Source: Candidatus Heimdallarchaeota archaeon
GTDB taxonomy: Archaea > Asgardarchaeota > Heimdallarchaeia > Hodarchaeales > Hodarchaeaceae
DNA: 64,000 nucleotides
Reading direction: 5' to 3'
Assembly: GCA_020353515.1 (NCBI GenBank)
Contig: CP070695.1
Coordinates: 948,127 to 1,012,126 of the forward strand
The notes under the pieces were generated by a model. The model ran no database searches, was not told the origin of the DNA, and worked only from the letters and a program-made list of their open reading frames with translations. The translations under genes were made by a program, and so were the position numbers. Below, piece after piece: positions 8,851 through 18,878 of the stretch; the stretch's first letter is position 1; the number at the start of each line of letters is the position of its first letter.

Positions 8851-10146
8851 ATGGTAATTACAATGGATTTGTTAATACAAGACGTAATGATTATTCCTGA
8901 ACCTGATACAACACGGATTTTCCGAGCAAACATTGTCATCGAGGACAATATCATAAGTACCATTGCACCTAATGCCAAAATACCTGATCCCGAGTTTATA
9001 TTAAAAGGAAAATCTCTTGTTGCCCTTCCCCCTCCAATCAACAGTCATACTCACCTTCCAATGACCTTATTACGAGGATATTCTGATAATAAAACATTAA
9101 TGGATTGGCTCCAGACCATCTGGGAAATAGAAGGAAAATTCGACGCGAAATGGATTGAATTAGGAACCCGATTAGCCTGTCTTGAAATGATGAAAGCTGG
9201 AACTGGGGGGGCTGCAGATTTTTATTTCCATGAAAGCAAGATAGGTAATGTATTAGAGGAAGCAGGGATTAGAGGATGGCTTGGTGCTGGAATCTTACCA
9301 AGTGCATTTGTTGATCAGGGAGGGTATGAATTTCAATTAGATGAGTTAAAAAGAGCAATTGAATTGGCAAAAGGATCTTCTCTCCTCAAAGCATCGATTG
9401 CTCCTCACAGTCAAATCACTGTTCCTGAAGAAATTATTCTAAAAGCTGCAGATCTAGCTGAATCTTATCAAATCCCTCTTATGATCCATGCTTCCGAAAC
9501 ACGGAAAGAAGTCATGGATTCAGAGGATAAATATGGGGTCCCTCCTGTAGAGAGACTTGATCAGATCGGATTTTTTAGAGAGGGAACGAAGGAGATCATT
9601 GCACATTGTACTTGGATTACCCAAAGAGAAGTTGAAATATTAGGAAAACATCAAGCTACCGTGGGTTGGTGTCCTGTATCTGCTCAGAAATTAGCTTATG
9701 GAGGAGTGACTCCCGTACCTGAACTACGCACTGCAGGCGCTCACGTTGCTCTTGGTACAGATGGTACTGCTTCCAATAACACCTTAGACTTATGGCGCGA
9801 GATGCGAGAAGCTTCTAATGTCATTTCAGCCTCACGATGGGATCCAGCACTATATTCAGCTGAACAGGTGCTGGAAGATACATGCTGGTCTTTCAGACGA
9901 AATTTTCATTCAGAATCCTTAATTAAAGTGGGTAATCAAGCAGATCTTGTTATTTTGAACTTTCAGGCTCCTCATCTTCAACCATTGCACAATATCATTT
10001 CAAACATAGTTTACGCAGCCAATGGAAGTGATGTCCATTCCTTAATAGTGAATGGTAAATTATTAATGAATAATCGTCAAATTTCAACTCTGAATGAGAC
10101 AAAAATCTTAGAGGAAACGGAAGATAAAATCGAAGAGCTTCTTTAG
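8851..10146 (+). CDS. mtaD: amidohydrolase, MTA/SAH deaminase-like
   Basis: NSHTH, APHS, IHASET, AHCTW, LGTDGTASNN. Confidence 0.75.
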   Translation: MVITMDLLIQDVMIIPEPDTTRIFRANIVIEDNIISTIAPNAKIPDPEFILKGKSLVALPPPINSHTHLPMTLLRGYSDNKTLMDWLQTIWEIEGKFDAKWIELGTRLACLEMMKAGTGGAADFYFHESKIGNVLEEAGIRGWLGAGILPSAFVDQGGYEFQLDELKRAIELAKGSSLLKASIAPHSQITVPEEIILKAADLAESYQIPLMIHASETRKEVMDSEDKYGVPPVERLDQIGFFREGTKEIIAHCTWITQREVEILGKHQATVGWCPVSAQKLAYGGVTPVPELRTAGAHVALGTDGTASNNTLDLWREMREASNVISASRWDPALYSAEQVLEDTCWSFRRNFHSESLIKVGNQADLVILNFQAPHLQPLHNIISNIVYAANGSDVHSLIVNGKLLMNNRQISTLNETKILEETEDKIEELL

Positions 10147-10217
10147 TTTCGAAAGAATCAACAATCAATAATAAAGAGTTATTAACATGCAACAGTGATT
10201 TGAGGAGTTGATCAGAA

Positions 10218-11492
10218 ATGTACAATATGCTCGAGATCAGGTTTGTGGATATTCATGGAACACTGAAAGCAATGAATATCCCAATTGATGTCGATAAAAT
10301 TAGTAATGCAACTACCGATCCAGTCTTCTCGGAAGGAATTAATATTGATGGGAGTTCCGTTGCAGGTTTCACTGCTTTAGAGAATTCAGATTTGCACTTA
10401 CTACCTGTTTCAGATAGCTTATTTGAATTACCTTACACAGATGAACCTAAATTAGCAGTCATGTGTGAAATTCACCAGGATAGTACCATTTTTGCTGGGG
10501 ATACCCGCTCACAACTACGAAAAGTGATTGAGAAACACTTAACGAACAAAGGATTATCCCTTAAAGTTGGGCCAGAACCTGAATTTTACCTATTCAAAGA
10601 TAATGCCCCTGTAGATCAAGGCCAATATGCAGATATTTTTCCAAATGCTGTTGTTGAAGGGATGGTTAAGCGATTCTCTCAATACTTGACAAAAGCCCTA
10701 ATAGAACCAAAAGTTCACCATCATGAAGTTGGACCAGGTCAGTATGAAATTGAAATCGGTTATGAAGATGCTCTTCGCATAGCTGACATCATTGTTACTT
10801 ATAAAGCAACCATTAGAGCACTAGCTGCAAAATCAGGCCATACAGCCACATTTATGCCTAAACCATATGCTCAATTAGCAGGAAATGGGATGCATTGTCA
10901 TCTTTCATTATGGGAAGGTTCGAAAAACCTTTTTTCAGATTCAACAAAAAATACGATATCAGCTACAGCAGAACATTTTATGGCTGGGATCCTAGAACAT
11001 GCTCTTGCAATGACAGTGTTGGTAGCACCCACTGTTAATTCCTATAAAAGATTGGTTCCAGGATATGAAGCTCCTGTTTATGTTGCATGGGGACCCCTTA
11101 ATCGTAGTACGTTAATCCGTGTTCCAATGATCAATAATCCTAAACTTGCACGATTCGAATATCGTTGTCCTGATCCCAGCTGTAATCCTTATCTTGCTCT
11201 TATTTCCATTGTTACTGCAGGAATGGATGGAATCAAACGTGAACTCGAACTTCCCCCACCAGTTAAAAGGAACATATACAAATTATCAGAAAAGGAAAGA
11301 AAAGAATTAAATATCAAAACTCTTCCAGGGAACCTTTTTGAGGCTCTTTCTTATCTTGAGAAAGACAAACTTATCTGTGATGCTCTTGGAGAGCATATCT
11401 GTGAGAAATTTTTTCAATTAAAGAAAGAAGAATGGCTTCAATATTCAACACAAGTCACTGATTGGGATTGGAAAAACTATCTTCAAATCTAA
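10218..11492 (+). CDS. glnA: glutamine synthetase type I
   Basis: DGSS, GPEPEF, HHEVGPGQYE, FMPKP, GNGMHCH, SYKRLVPGYEAP, NRS..IRVP, EYRCPD. Confidence 0.9.
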   Translation: MYNMLEIRFVDIHGTLKAMNIPIDVDKISNATTDPVFSEGINIDGSSVAGFTALENSDLHLLPVSDSLFELPYTDEPKLAVMCEIHQDSTIFAGDTRSQLRKVIEKHLTNKGLSLKVGPEPEFYLFKDNAPVDQGQYADIFPNAVVEGMVKRFSQYLTKALIEPKVHHHEVGPGQYEIEIGYEDALRIADIIVTYKATIRALAAKSGHTATFMPKPYAQLAGNGMHCHLSLWEGSKNLFSDSTKNTISATAEHFMAGILEHALAMTVLVAPTVNSYKRLVPGYEAPVYVAWGPLNRSTLIRVPMINNPKLARFEYRCPDPSCNPYLALISIVTAGMDGIKRELELPPPVKRNIYKLSEKERKELNIKTLPGNLFEALSYLEKDKLICDALGEHICEKFFQLKKEEWLQYSTQVTDWDWKNYLQI

Positions 11493-11493
11493 A

Positions 11494-12804
11494 TTAACAG
11501 TCTAAATAGTGAGATATCTCCCATGGGGTAATTTCTTGTTTTTCAAAACTATATTCGTTAGAAAACTCCATCCACTCACTCATTCGGGCTTCATAATATT
11601 CCTGATGAAGAGCTGATCCAAGTATCTTCTTTGCAAGGGTACTGGCTTTAAATTTCATTAAAGCATCTTTAAGAGATCTTGGTAATAATTCCACTCCTTT
11701 CTCTTCAAGTTGTTTTAAACTTAGAGTATCTGCATCAAAATTTGCTTCTTCAGGGGGTTCGAGGTTCCTTCTGACTCCCTCCAAACCCGCTTTAAGGAGA
11801 AATGCCAAGGTAAAGTAAATATTTGTAGCTGCATCGGCTGCTCGATATTCCAGACGACCAGCTTCGTAACCAGGTACACGAATAAGAGCAGTACGATTAG
11901 CTATCCCCCAAGTCTTATAGACTGGAGCTTCTTTACCAGGAACTAAACGCCTATAGGAATTGATAATAGGATTTGTTATTGCAGTGATTTCACCTGCAAA
12001 ATGTAGTTGACCTGCAATAAAATGAAGAGCAAACTCTGATAATTCATTTCCACTCCCTTTGAACATTTCTTCACTTGATGTATTGACAATTTGATGGATA
12101 TGCATTCCGTTTCCTGCTTCAGTAATGAAGGGTTTGGGCATAAAAGAGATTATCCATTCGCTTTGATTTAGTGCTACCATTTTAGCAATTTGTTTGAAGT
12201 ACTGTACACTATCAGCTGCTCGAACAGCAGGTAATGAATCAAATTCGATTTCATGTTGACCTGGTCCAACTTCTGAATGAAATGTCTTATATGGGATGTC
12301 TACTTGTTCTAGTGTTTGTACAATCATTTTCCTTAGGAAATACCCTTTATCTCGAGGAGGGAGAACCATATAAGTTGCAGAATCCGCAGGTTTAAAATCA
12401 GAAGTCAATATGTAAAATTCCATTTCTGGTCTCGCAAAGTACGTTGCTTGAAACTCATCATATAATTCCTTGCTAGCCTCGGCTAATATACCACGAGGAT
12501 CAGCAGCTATACGCTCATGAGTTTCATCAGTACTTCGTAAATCACAGAATACGCAAGCTGTATTTTCCTGCCAAGGTACCAATGTTACAGTTGAAGGATC
12601 AGGAACAATAATCATATCTGATTGTTTTGTTCGTAAAAATCCAATACTACTTCCATCGACTCCAACTTGATCAACTTTAGAAAAAGAACGTTTAGAAATT
12701 TCAACTCCTTTCAGATGACCATCGGCTCCCGTGAATTGAAGTAGAAGATATTTCGCTCCTATTTGATCCATCTTCTGAATAACAGCTTTTCTAATATCAA
12801 ACAT
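11494..12804 (-). CDS. second glutamine synthetase-family protein
   Basis: DGSS, PEMEF, HSEVGPGQHE, GNGMHIH, SYRRLVPGKEAP, NRTALIRVP, LEYR. Confidence 0.88.
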   Translation of the reverse strand: MFDIRKAVIQKMDQIGAKYLLLQFTGADGHLKGVEISKRSFSKVDQVGVDGSSIGFLRTKQSDMIIVPDPSTVTLVPWQENTACVFCDLRSTDETHERIAADPRGILAEASKELYDEFQATYFARPEMEFYILTSDFKPADSATYMVLPPRDKGYFLRKMIVQTLEQVDIPYKTFHSEVGPGQHEIEFDSLPAVRAADSVQYFKQIAKMVALNQSEWIISFMPKPFITEAGNGMHIHQIVNTSSEEMFKGSGNELSEFALHFIAGQLHFAGEITAITNPIINSYRRLVPGKEAPVYKTWGIANRTALIRVPGYEAGRLEYRAADAATNIYFTLAFLLKAGLEGVRRNLEPPEEANFDADTLSLKQLEEKGVELLPRSLKDALMKFKASTLAKKILGSALHQEYYEARMSEWMEFSNEYSFEKQEITPWEISHYLDC

Positions 12805-12816
12805 TATACTAATCTC

Positions 12817-13269
12817 TTAGGTATCAACTTCTTCCTTTTCTAGTAAAAGGCGGGTTATCTTTGTAGCAGAACCACCTACAAGACCTCCAAGAAAACCGAA
12901 TAATCCACAAATGACGCTTGATAGAAAGATGATCATTAAGGAACCTGGGGGTAGAGACGCTCCTAATACATCTCCTATCGCAGCTAGAAAATAATCTAAC
13001 GTTTCTAACAATCCTGGTACTGTTAAGATCATTGTTAAAATTGACATAAAGCGGCCAACTAGTGTTCCTAAACCAGTAAACAAGCTAGCTCGGGCGGATC
13101 CAATAATAATACCTCCTATTACTCCCAATATTAATGGACTTAACCAAAAAGGTAAGAATGAAGCAATAGAGATATCTAAGATAAACACACCAATTAGACC
13201 AACTACAAATGCGACTGAACGTCGATTGTCTAGAATTGTATATAGATATTTAAAGGAGGTTTCACTCAT
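12817..13269 (-). CDS. small Gly-rich 4-TM membrane protein
   Basis: Four hydrophobic segments with GxxxG patterns; 10-12 nt gaps to neighbours. Confidence 0.7.
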   Translation of the reverse strand: MSETSFKYLYTILDNRRSVAFVVGLIGVFILDISIASFLPFWLSPLILGVIGGIIIGSARASLFTGLGTLVGRFMSILTMILTVPGLLETLDYFLAAIGDVLGASLPPGSLMIIFLSSVICGLFGFLGGLVGGSATKITRLLLEKEEVDT

Positions 13270-13279
13270 TTTTTTCCCT

Positions 13280-15865
13280 TCATTTTGGTTTTAGAATTAC
13301 CTTAGCTTCCCGATTGGCTATCGGGAATTGTTCCACTGAATTATATTCGATCAACATCAGATGGTATTGCCCTTCCATCCACAAATTAAGTGCCTGGTCA
13401 GCATAATGAGGATTGGATGGATTTCCACTGACACCTGCGGGAATTACACTCCAACTATTAGAAATATTGTTAAAATCGACAACCATTCGTTCACTGGGGC
13501 CTACTCGTGGTGCACGACCTCCAGCAAGCAAAGGAGTATAACTAGAACCGTCGTGGGGGTAGTTCCCAGCACTAAAAGCTGGAATACCACCTAAATGATT
13601 GAAATGCATTCTATGATACTCACCCCATTTCCATTCTGAAACATCTGAACCCAATATTTCTTCTAGGTCCTCAATTGCTTTCAAGAATCCTTTGACGATT
13701 ATATCGTCTCGTTTTTCCACTAATGGAGTTGTGACATTGTCGAACCATTTAGATTCTGGAAAGTTGCGAACTAAGAATTCTAACGTGTTATCCTGAGGTT
13801 TAGTGACATCTATTTCAGCTTCATCATAATCATCTTGCCAAACAAATTCCCTGAATCGCGATAATGTTGCATCGAAGATTGTTGGCCCCACCAGCTCTTT
13901 TTTCATTAGGTAACGATCATCACTATTATTCCAGGTTTTTAATTTGGCTAAAGCAATAGTTGCGGTGTCTGAAAGAGTTTCTCCAGATTGGTCAAAAGCA
14001 TCTAGAAAGTAGGGAGTAAAAGCCTCAGCACTAATGTCAAAGATTCCCCAATCTCCACATTGCAGTTTTTTCATAAAATCAACATCAATTGTCCCAGGTT
14101 GAGCTTCATTTAGGAAACGATTAATGCATCTGGCGCGATACCCTGGGTCTTGGGTACTACTAATATAGTATGGATAGTCGGGTCCAGTTGATTTTTGGTT
14201 TGCCGAAGCAAGATAGTTCTGGGGAGGATTTAGATCATAAGGAAGTTCATTAAAAGGAATATAATCCCAGTCTTTGTCAAGATTGGAATCCGACCCATTT
14301 TGAATAAATCGTCCTTGGTAAGCTTGAGTAAAGTTTCTTTTTATTATTCTACCTGTGGGTCTCAAAGCAATATTTCCTTCAGTATCTGCAAAAACTACAT
14401 TGATTGTGGGACTGGAAAACCATTGCATTGATTCGTTAAATGTCTTCCAATTTGTAGCTGTATTTACACCATACATTGCTTTAATCTCATAAGTAGGACT
14501 TTCAGTAGTAATCCAACGCATGGCAATGAGCTTTCTTCCCATCTCCTCTGCCATTACTACTCCGTCTTCGGTATATCGAATCGTTTCAGTGTGATTATTA
14601 AGGCCCTTTACTGGAATAGTTATGATTCTTTCTTCTGGAGACTTCCATTTGTTTTCAGATCCACTCCAGTATTGAGAGGAGGAGTCATCCCAGATATATT
14701 CGTACCAATCAAGTGCATCACTTGATACATAGGTTATCCCCCACGCTACATGTGTATTGAATCCAACGATAACTATTGGAGTGCCTGTTAAAGTATATCC
14801 GTATATATTCATCTTAGGTTTAGACACAACTAGATGCGCTTCATACCATATATGTGGAAGTGTTATTTCTAAGTGCATATCATTTGCCAGCATGGGCATA
14901 CCTGTTACGGTTTTTGAACCATTTACAGCCCAATTATTTGAACCTACTCCAGATTCCTTAAGAAATCGTACACTATCGGGAATACGATTTAGGATCTTAT
15001 TAATCGCTGAAACACGAGCTTCAATATCATCATCTGTACTATGAATAGGCTCTAGATTCATCTTCATTTCATTAGAAGGAAGAGAATAGTTTCCGTATTT
15101 TGGAATGACTGGGACTTGATAGTATGACTGATTAAGTGGGAAAATCTCATCCATAGCGGTCAAATTACCATTGAATAATTTATCTCGCAATATGGTAGCT
15201 TGTAAATCATATGTAGAATAAGTTCCACTGAGACCCATTAAAAGATTGTAAACAAAAGTCTTAAGGGGGGTCCATGGTGAGGGTTTAAACCCTAATAGTT
15301 GAAATTCTATTGGTAATGTCTTTGTATTTGTTCGATGATTGATTTCGTAATTGGCTCCCTCACAATAACTATCCAGAATGTTTAACATTTCATCTAAGGT
15401 ATTATCATTCTTGAATGTATCTAACATTTCTTGAGCTGTTTTTTCTATCCCAATTGTTTGATAAAAAATGTCATCTTCAAGAGAGGAATTACCTAATATC
15501 TCTGCTGTTCGTCCCATACCAGTTCGAGCAATCATTTCCATTTGAAACATCCTGTCAGTTGCATGGCAATACCCTAATGCAAAAGCAGCATCCTTGTGAG
15601 TTTCTGCATAAATATGGGGGATTCCCCAATTGTCTCTGATAATGGTAACAGTATTATCAATACCTTCAAGTGTAATTGTGTCAGAAACATAATCTGATCC
15701 TTTTGATGCACCAAAAATCCCTCCAGGAGACACAATCGGTCCGAGAGCGAACATTCCCATTATTGGGGTCGAAAGAATTAGTACTAAGAGCAAAACCCCT
15801 CCAATTGAAATTGTAAGAAGTGCTCCCTGTTTATATAAATCACGAGGAAGTGACATTTTAATCAC
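13280..15865 (-). CDS. penicillin acylase family (Ntn hydrolase), N-terminal membrane anchor
   Basis: RDNWGIPHIYA, DRMFQM, GSNNWAV nucleophile site, LANDMHL, GVSGNP. Confidence 0.93.
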   Translation of the reverse strand: MIKMSLPRDLYKQGALLTISIGGVLLLVLILSTPIMGMFALGPIVSPGGIFGASKGSDYVSDTITLEGIDNTVTIIRDNWGIPHIYAETHKDAAFALGYCHATDRMFQMEMIARTGMGRTAEILGNSSLEDDIFYQTIGIEKTAQEMLDTFKNDNTLDEMLNILDSYCEGANYEINHRTNTKTLPIEFQLLGFKPSPWTPLKTFVYNLLMGLSGTYSTYDLQATILRDKLFNGNLTAMDEIFPLNQSYYQVPVIPKYGNYSLPSNEMKMNLEPIHSTDDDIEARVSAINKILNRIPDSVRFLKESGVGSNNWAVNGSKTVTGMPMLANDMHLEITLPHIWYEAHLVVSKPKMNIYGYTLTGTPIVIVGFNTHVAWGITYVSSDALDWYEYIWDDSSSQYWSGSENKWKSPEERIITIPVKGLNNHTETIRYTEDGVVMAEEMGRKLIAMRWITTESPTYEIKAMYGVNTATNWKTFNESMQWFSSPTINVVFADTEGNIALRPTGRIIKRNFTQAYQGRFIQNGSDSNLDKDWDYIPFNELPYDLNPPQNYLASANQKSTGPDYPYYISSTQDPGYRARCINRFLNEAQPGTIDVDFMKKLQCGDWGIFDISAEAFTPYFLDAFDQSGETLSDTATIALAKLKTWNNSDDRYLMKKELVGPTIFDATLSRFREFVWQDDYDEAEIDVTKPQDNTLEFLVRNFPESKWFDNVTTPLVEKRDDIIVKGFLKAIEDLEEILGSDVSEWKWGEYHRMHFNHLGGIPAFSAGNYPHDGSSYTPLLAGGRAPRVGPSERMVVDFNNISNSWSVIPAGVSGNPSNPHYADQALNLWMEGQYHLMLIEYNSVEQFPIANREAKVILKPK

Positions 15866-16027
15866 AGAGTCTTAATTAGATATTACAGGGTCTTTATTGT
15901 ATATTTGAAAGGTTTGAGATGATGGCCAATTGAGGAATAAAAGAGTTTTTGAAGTATCACTAAACCCTTTCAATAGTATAGAAGATTAAATGCTTTATAC
16001 TAGCAAGATGGATTATCTACCCTTTAT

Positions 16028-16516
16028 ATGCAAAAAAGACGGACTAAAAGACAAATGATGCCTGAAGATTTGCCTGATGATCATAATTTAGGATTATTTT
16101 TCGGGATTATAGAACATAACAAATTAAATCCAACAATTCTTTGGTCAGGGTCTACATGGCATTCAGAAGTTCAAACTTGGAATTTACTCTTGAAGATTCT
16201 TGCAACTAAAGATCCAGTGGATCTTGAGGAAGTAGACTGGAATTTTTTACCTTTAATATGGGATGAAGTAGAAATTTTTGCATTGACTAAAGCTTTTCGA
16301 ATTCGTGGAATTGGTTCAGCATACTTGGTTGTTTTCCATCAATCGGCAGAGAAATTAACCCAATTTATTCTCATGAAGGAGGAAGAGATATCAGAAACAT
16401 TTAATGAAATATTAACGTCTTCTACTTTTTTTTCGATCCAACGCTTAACAAATGAACAACTAAAACAAATTCGTATCAAATGTCAACTATATTACGAAGT
16501 TCTGTCACAGCTTTAA
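16028..16516 (+). CDS. hypothetical protein, possible longin/uDENN-like fold
   Basis: 162-aa ORF; beta-hairpin-P, helix, beta strands with RG, terminal helices. Confidence 0.5.
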   Translation: MQKRRTKRQMMPEDLPDDHNLGLFFGIIEHNKLNPTILWSGSTWHSEVQTWNLLLKILATKDPVDLEEVDWNFLPLIWDEVEIFALTKAFRIRGIGSAYLVVFHQSAEKLTQFILMKEEEISETFNEILTSSTFFSIQRLTNEQLKQIRIKCQLYYEVLSQL

Positions 16517-16569
16517 ACTCTAGTTAGCTATTTGTCTCTTCTTACGATGATTTGGTGCAAATATTTAAC

Positions 16570-17322
16570 TCATTGATTTAATAAATCTTGCATCCCAGCA
16601 ATAGCTGTTTTTATTGATTCTACATGACCTGCTTTTTTATTCATGATCAAATCCCCAGTGTCAAAATCACCAATAGCTGCCATTATTGCTCCCGTTTTCC
16701 ATCCTCTGATGCTTCCCAAAATGAAGAGAGTTGAGACTTCCATCTCTGTAATAAGAGTCTGTCCCCGTTTCCATGTCTCCCATCTTTCAATAATATCTTT
16801 CTTTGCAGGTATCATTTCAGGTTCTTCACTCCAAAAGGCATCTTTTGAATGAACAATACCTTCATGAAAACGATCTTGAAGATTGAGATCATATGCCCCC
16901 TGTCGTAAAGCGAAAATAACATCGGGATGAGCAACTGCAGGAAACTCTGGAGGTAGGTACTGCTTAGTAGTCCCTTCATCACGAATTGCACCAATAGCGG
17001 AGACAATATCTCCTAGTTTAACTTGGGGATTCAATATACCAGAAGTCCCCACACGAATGACAGTCGTGATTTGACATCTTCCGAATTCCTCCAATCCAAC
17101 AGCAGTAGAAGGCCCCCCAATCCCCATGCTTGCTACAATAACTGGGTTTTCATCGATGTATGCTAGGAATGTTCGATATTCACGGTTGAATGTAAGCTCT
17201 TGGGGATCTTGCAAGTGTTGAGCGATGGCTTCTGTTCGTGCTGGGTCACCAACTATGAACATATGCCGAGCTCCCTTTAAATCTTCTTTTGATAAGTTAA
17301 TATGATAATGTTTCATAACCAA
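16570..17322 (-). CDS. udp: uridine phosphorylase / nucleoside phosphorylase
   Basis: GDPAR, NREY, GIGGPS, RVGTSG, RDEGTT..Y, EME. Confidence 0.88.
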   Translation of the reverse strand: MVMKHYHINLSKEDLKGARHMFIVGDPARTEAIAQHLQDPQELTFNREYRTFLAYIDENPVIVASMGIGGPSTAVGLEEFGRCQITTVIRVGTSGILNPQVKLGDIVSAIGAIRDEGTTKQYLPPEFPAVAHPDVIFALRQGAYDLNLQDRFHEGIVHSKDAFWSEEPEMIPAKKDIIERWETWKRGQTLITEMEVSTLFILGSIRGWKTGAIMAAIGDFDTGDLIMNKKAGHVESIKTAIAGMQDLLNQ

Positions 17323-17340
17323 ACCTCAAATTTCTAAGTG

Positions 17341-17694
17341 CTAGAGAGGTTCCCAAACAAATCCAGATTTCATTTTTCCATCAATTTCTCTAACAGGTTT
17401 CCACACAGCTCTAAGTTTCATTCCTAACTCAATATCATCTGTGTCAATATCTAACTGGCCCGTATATCGTACTTCTCCAAGATCAACTATACCTAATAGG
17501 AGCGAGGATTTCTGAATACCTGATGGAGGAGCCTTCAAAATTGTATAAGTAACTAGAGAACCAATAGAGGGCAGCTCCACCTCTTGAAAATCCTGATGTT
17601 TGCACTCAAGACATCGTCCATGTTTTGGATAATGAACTTTGCCACAATTCAGACATTTATATCCTTTTGGTGTTCTTTCAGCCATTAAAATCAC
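17341..17694 (-). CDS. DUF35 Zn-ribbon/OB-fold thiolase partner
   Basis: CxxCG..HYP...CxxC followed by OB fold; 2 nt from the thiolase gene. Confidence 0.9.
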   Translation of the reverse strand: MILMAERTPKGYKCLNCGKVHYPKHGRCLECKHQDFQEVELPSIGSLVTYTILKAPPSGIQKSSLLLGIVDLGEVRYTGQLDIDTDDIELGMKLRAVWKPVREIDGKMKSGFVWEPL

Positions 17695-17696
17695 CT

Positions 17697-18878
17697 TTAA
17701 ACTATCGAGAGGATAGTGACAACAACATTATTACCAAATCCACCAAAATTAACTGCATATGCATGTGTAGGATTATTAGGAATTTGTCGTTCTCCTGCTT
17801 CACCTCTAAGTTGCCATACTAATTCACAGAGTTGAGCAACTCCAGTTGCACCAACAGGATGACCACGGGCTTTCAAACCCCCTGAAGGATTGACTGGAAA
17901 TCGGCCATTAATTTCTGTTTCACCCTCACGAATCGCAAGATGAGCTGTTCCTCGTTCGTAAAATCCTGCTGACTCCAATTCGGCAATTTCTAATATTTCA
18001 AAAGCATTGTGCACTTCTGCGAAGTCTATGTCCTCTTTCTTCAATTTAGCCATCGTAAATGCCTGGTCAGAAGCATCGCTAACAGCTCTAAGAAAAGTTG
18101 GATCTTCACGTTCATGAACAGCCATAGTATCCATACCTTGTCCTGTTCCACTGAATTTAATTTGTTGGTTTTCTGAAAATTCTTTTGCCTTATCAAGTGA
18201 ACACATTATAATAGAAGCTGCTCCATCAGTAACAGGACACATATCATATAGATGCAAGGGATCTGCTATCATAGGATTGTTCAATTTAGCTTCACGAGAT
18301 GTCAATATGCCTTCCAGGGTAATCTTTTGCTGTATATGAGCATAAGGATTCATTAAACCATTATTATGATTTTTAATAGCAATTCTAGCAAGATCTTCTG
18401 ATGTGACCCCATATTTTTTGAAGTAAATTCGAGCAAGCATTGCACCGAGAGAAGGAAATGTAATACCGTAAATATATTCGGCCTCTGGGTGTGACATGGT
18501 AGCAATGAAGTCAGTAACTACTGGTCCTGGAGCCACACGCATTTTTTCCCCACCAGTGACCATAACACAGTCGTGAATTCCTGAAGCAATGGCCATATAC
18601 CCTATACGAGCTGCTGTTCCCCCTGATGCTGGACCATTCTCAATAGAAGCACCAACAGCTGGGAATAGATTCAGGTAGTCGATTAAAGCGGAACCTAATG
18701 CGGTTTGGTTATTAATTCGTCCAGCTCCCATGTTGGCAACAAATACTGCATCAATTTCATCTGTTCCTGCATCGTTAATTGCGTCTAGTGAAGATTCCGC
18801 CATCAATTCAACGAGGGACCCATCATAACGTCCCCACTGACTCCCCATACCTACTCCAATAATGACAACATCACGCAT
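17697..18878 (-). CDS. SCP2/archaeal-type thiolase-family protein lacking the nucleophilic Cys
   Basis: ENGPASG (usually E.ACASG), GGEKM, CPVTDGAA, EVHNAF, NPSGGLKARGHPVGATG. Confidence 0.9.
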   Translation of the reverse strand: MRDVVIIGVGMGSQWGRYDGSLVELMAESSLDAINDAGTDEIDAVFVANMGAGRINNQTALGSALIDYLNLFPAVGASIENGPASGGTAARIGYMAIASGIHDCVMVTGGEKMRVAPGPVVTDFIATMSHPEAEYIYGITFPSLGAMLARIYFKKYGVTSEDLARIAIKNHNNGLMNPYAHIQQKITLEGILTSREAKLNNPMIADPLHLYDMCPVTDGAASIIMCSLDKAKEFSENQQIKFSGTGQGMDTMAVHEREDPTFLRAVSDASDQAFTMAKLKKEDIDFAEVHNAFEILEIAELESAGFYERGTAHLAIREGETEINGRFPVNPSGGLKARGHPVGATGVAQLCELVWQLRGEAGERQIPNNPTHAYAVNFGGFGNNVVVTILSIV

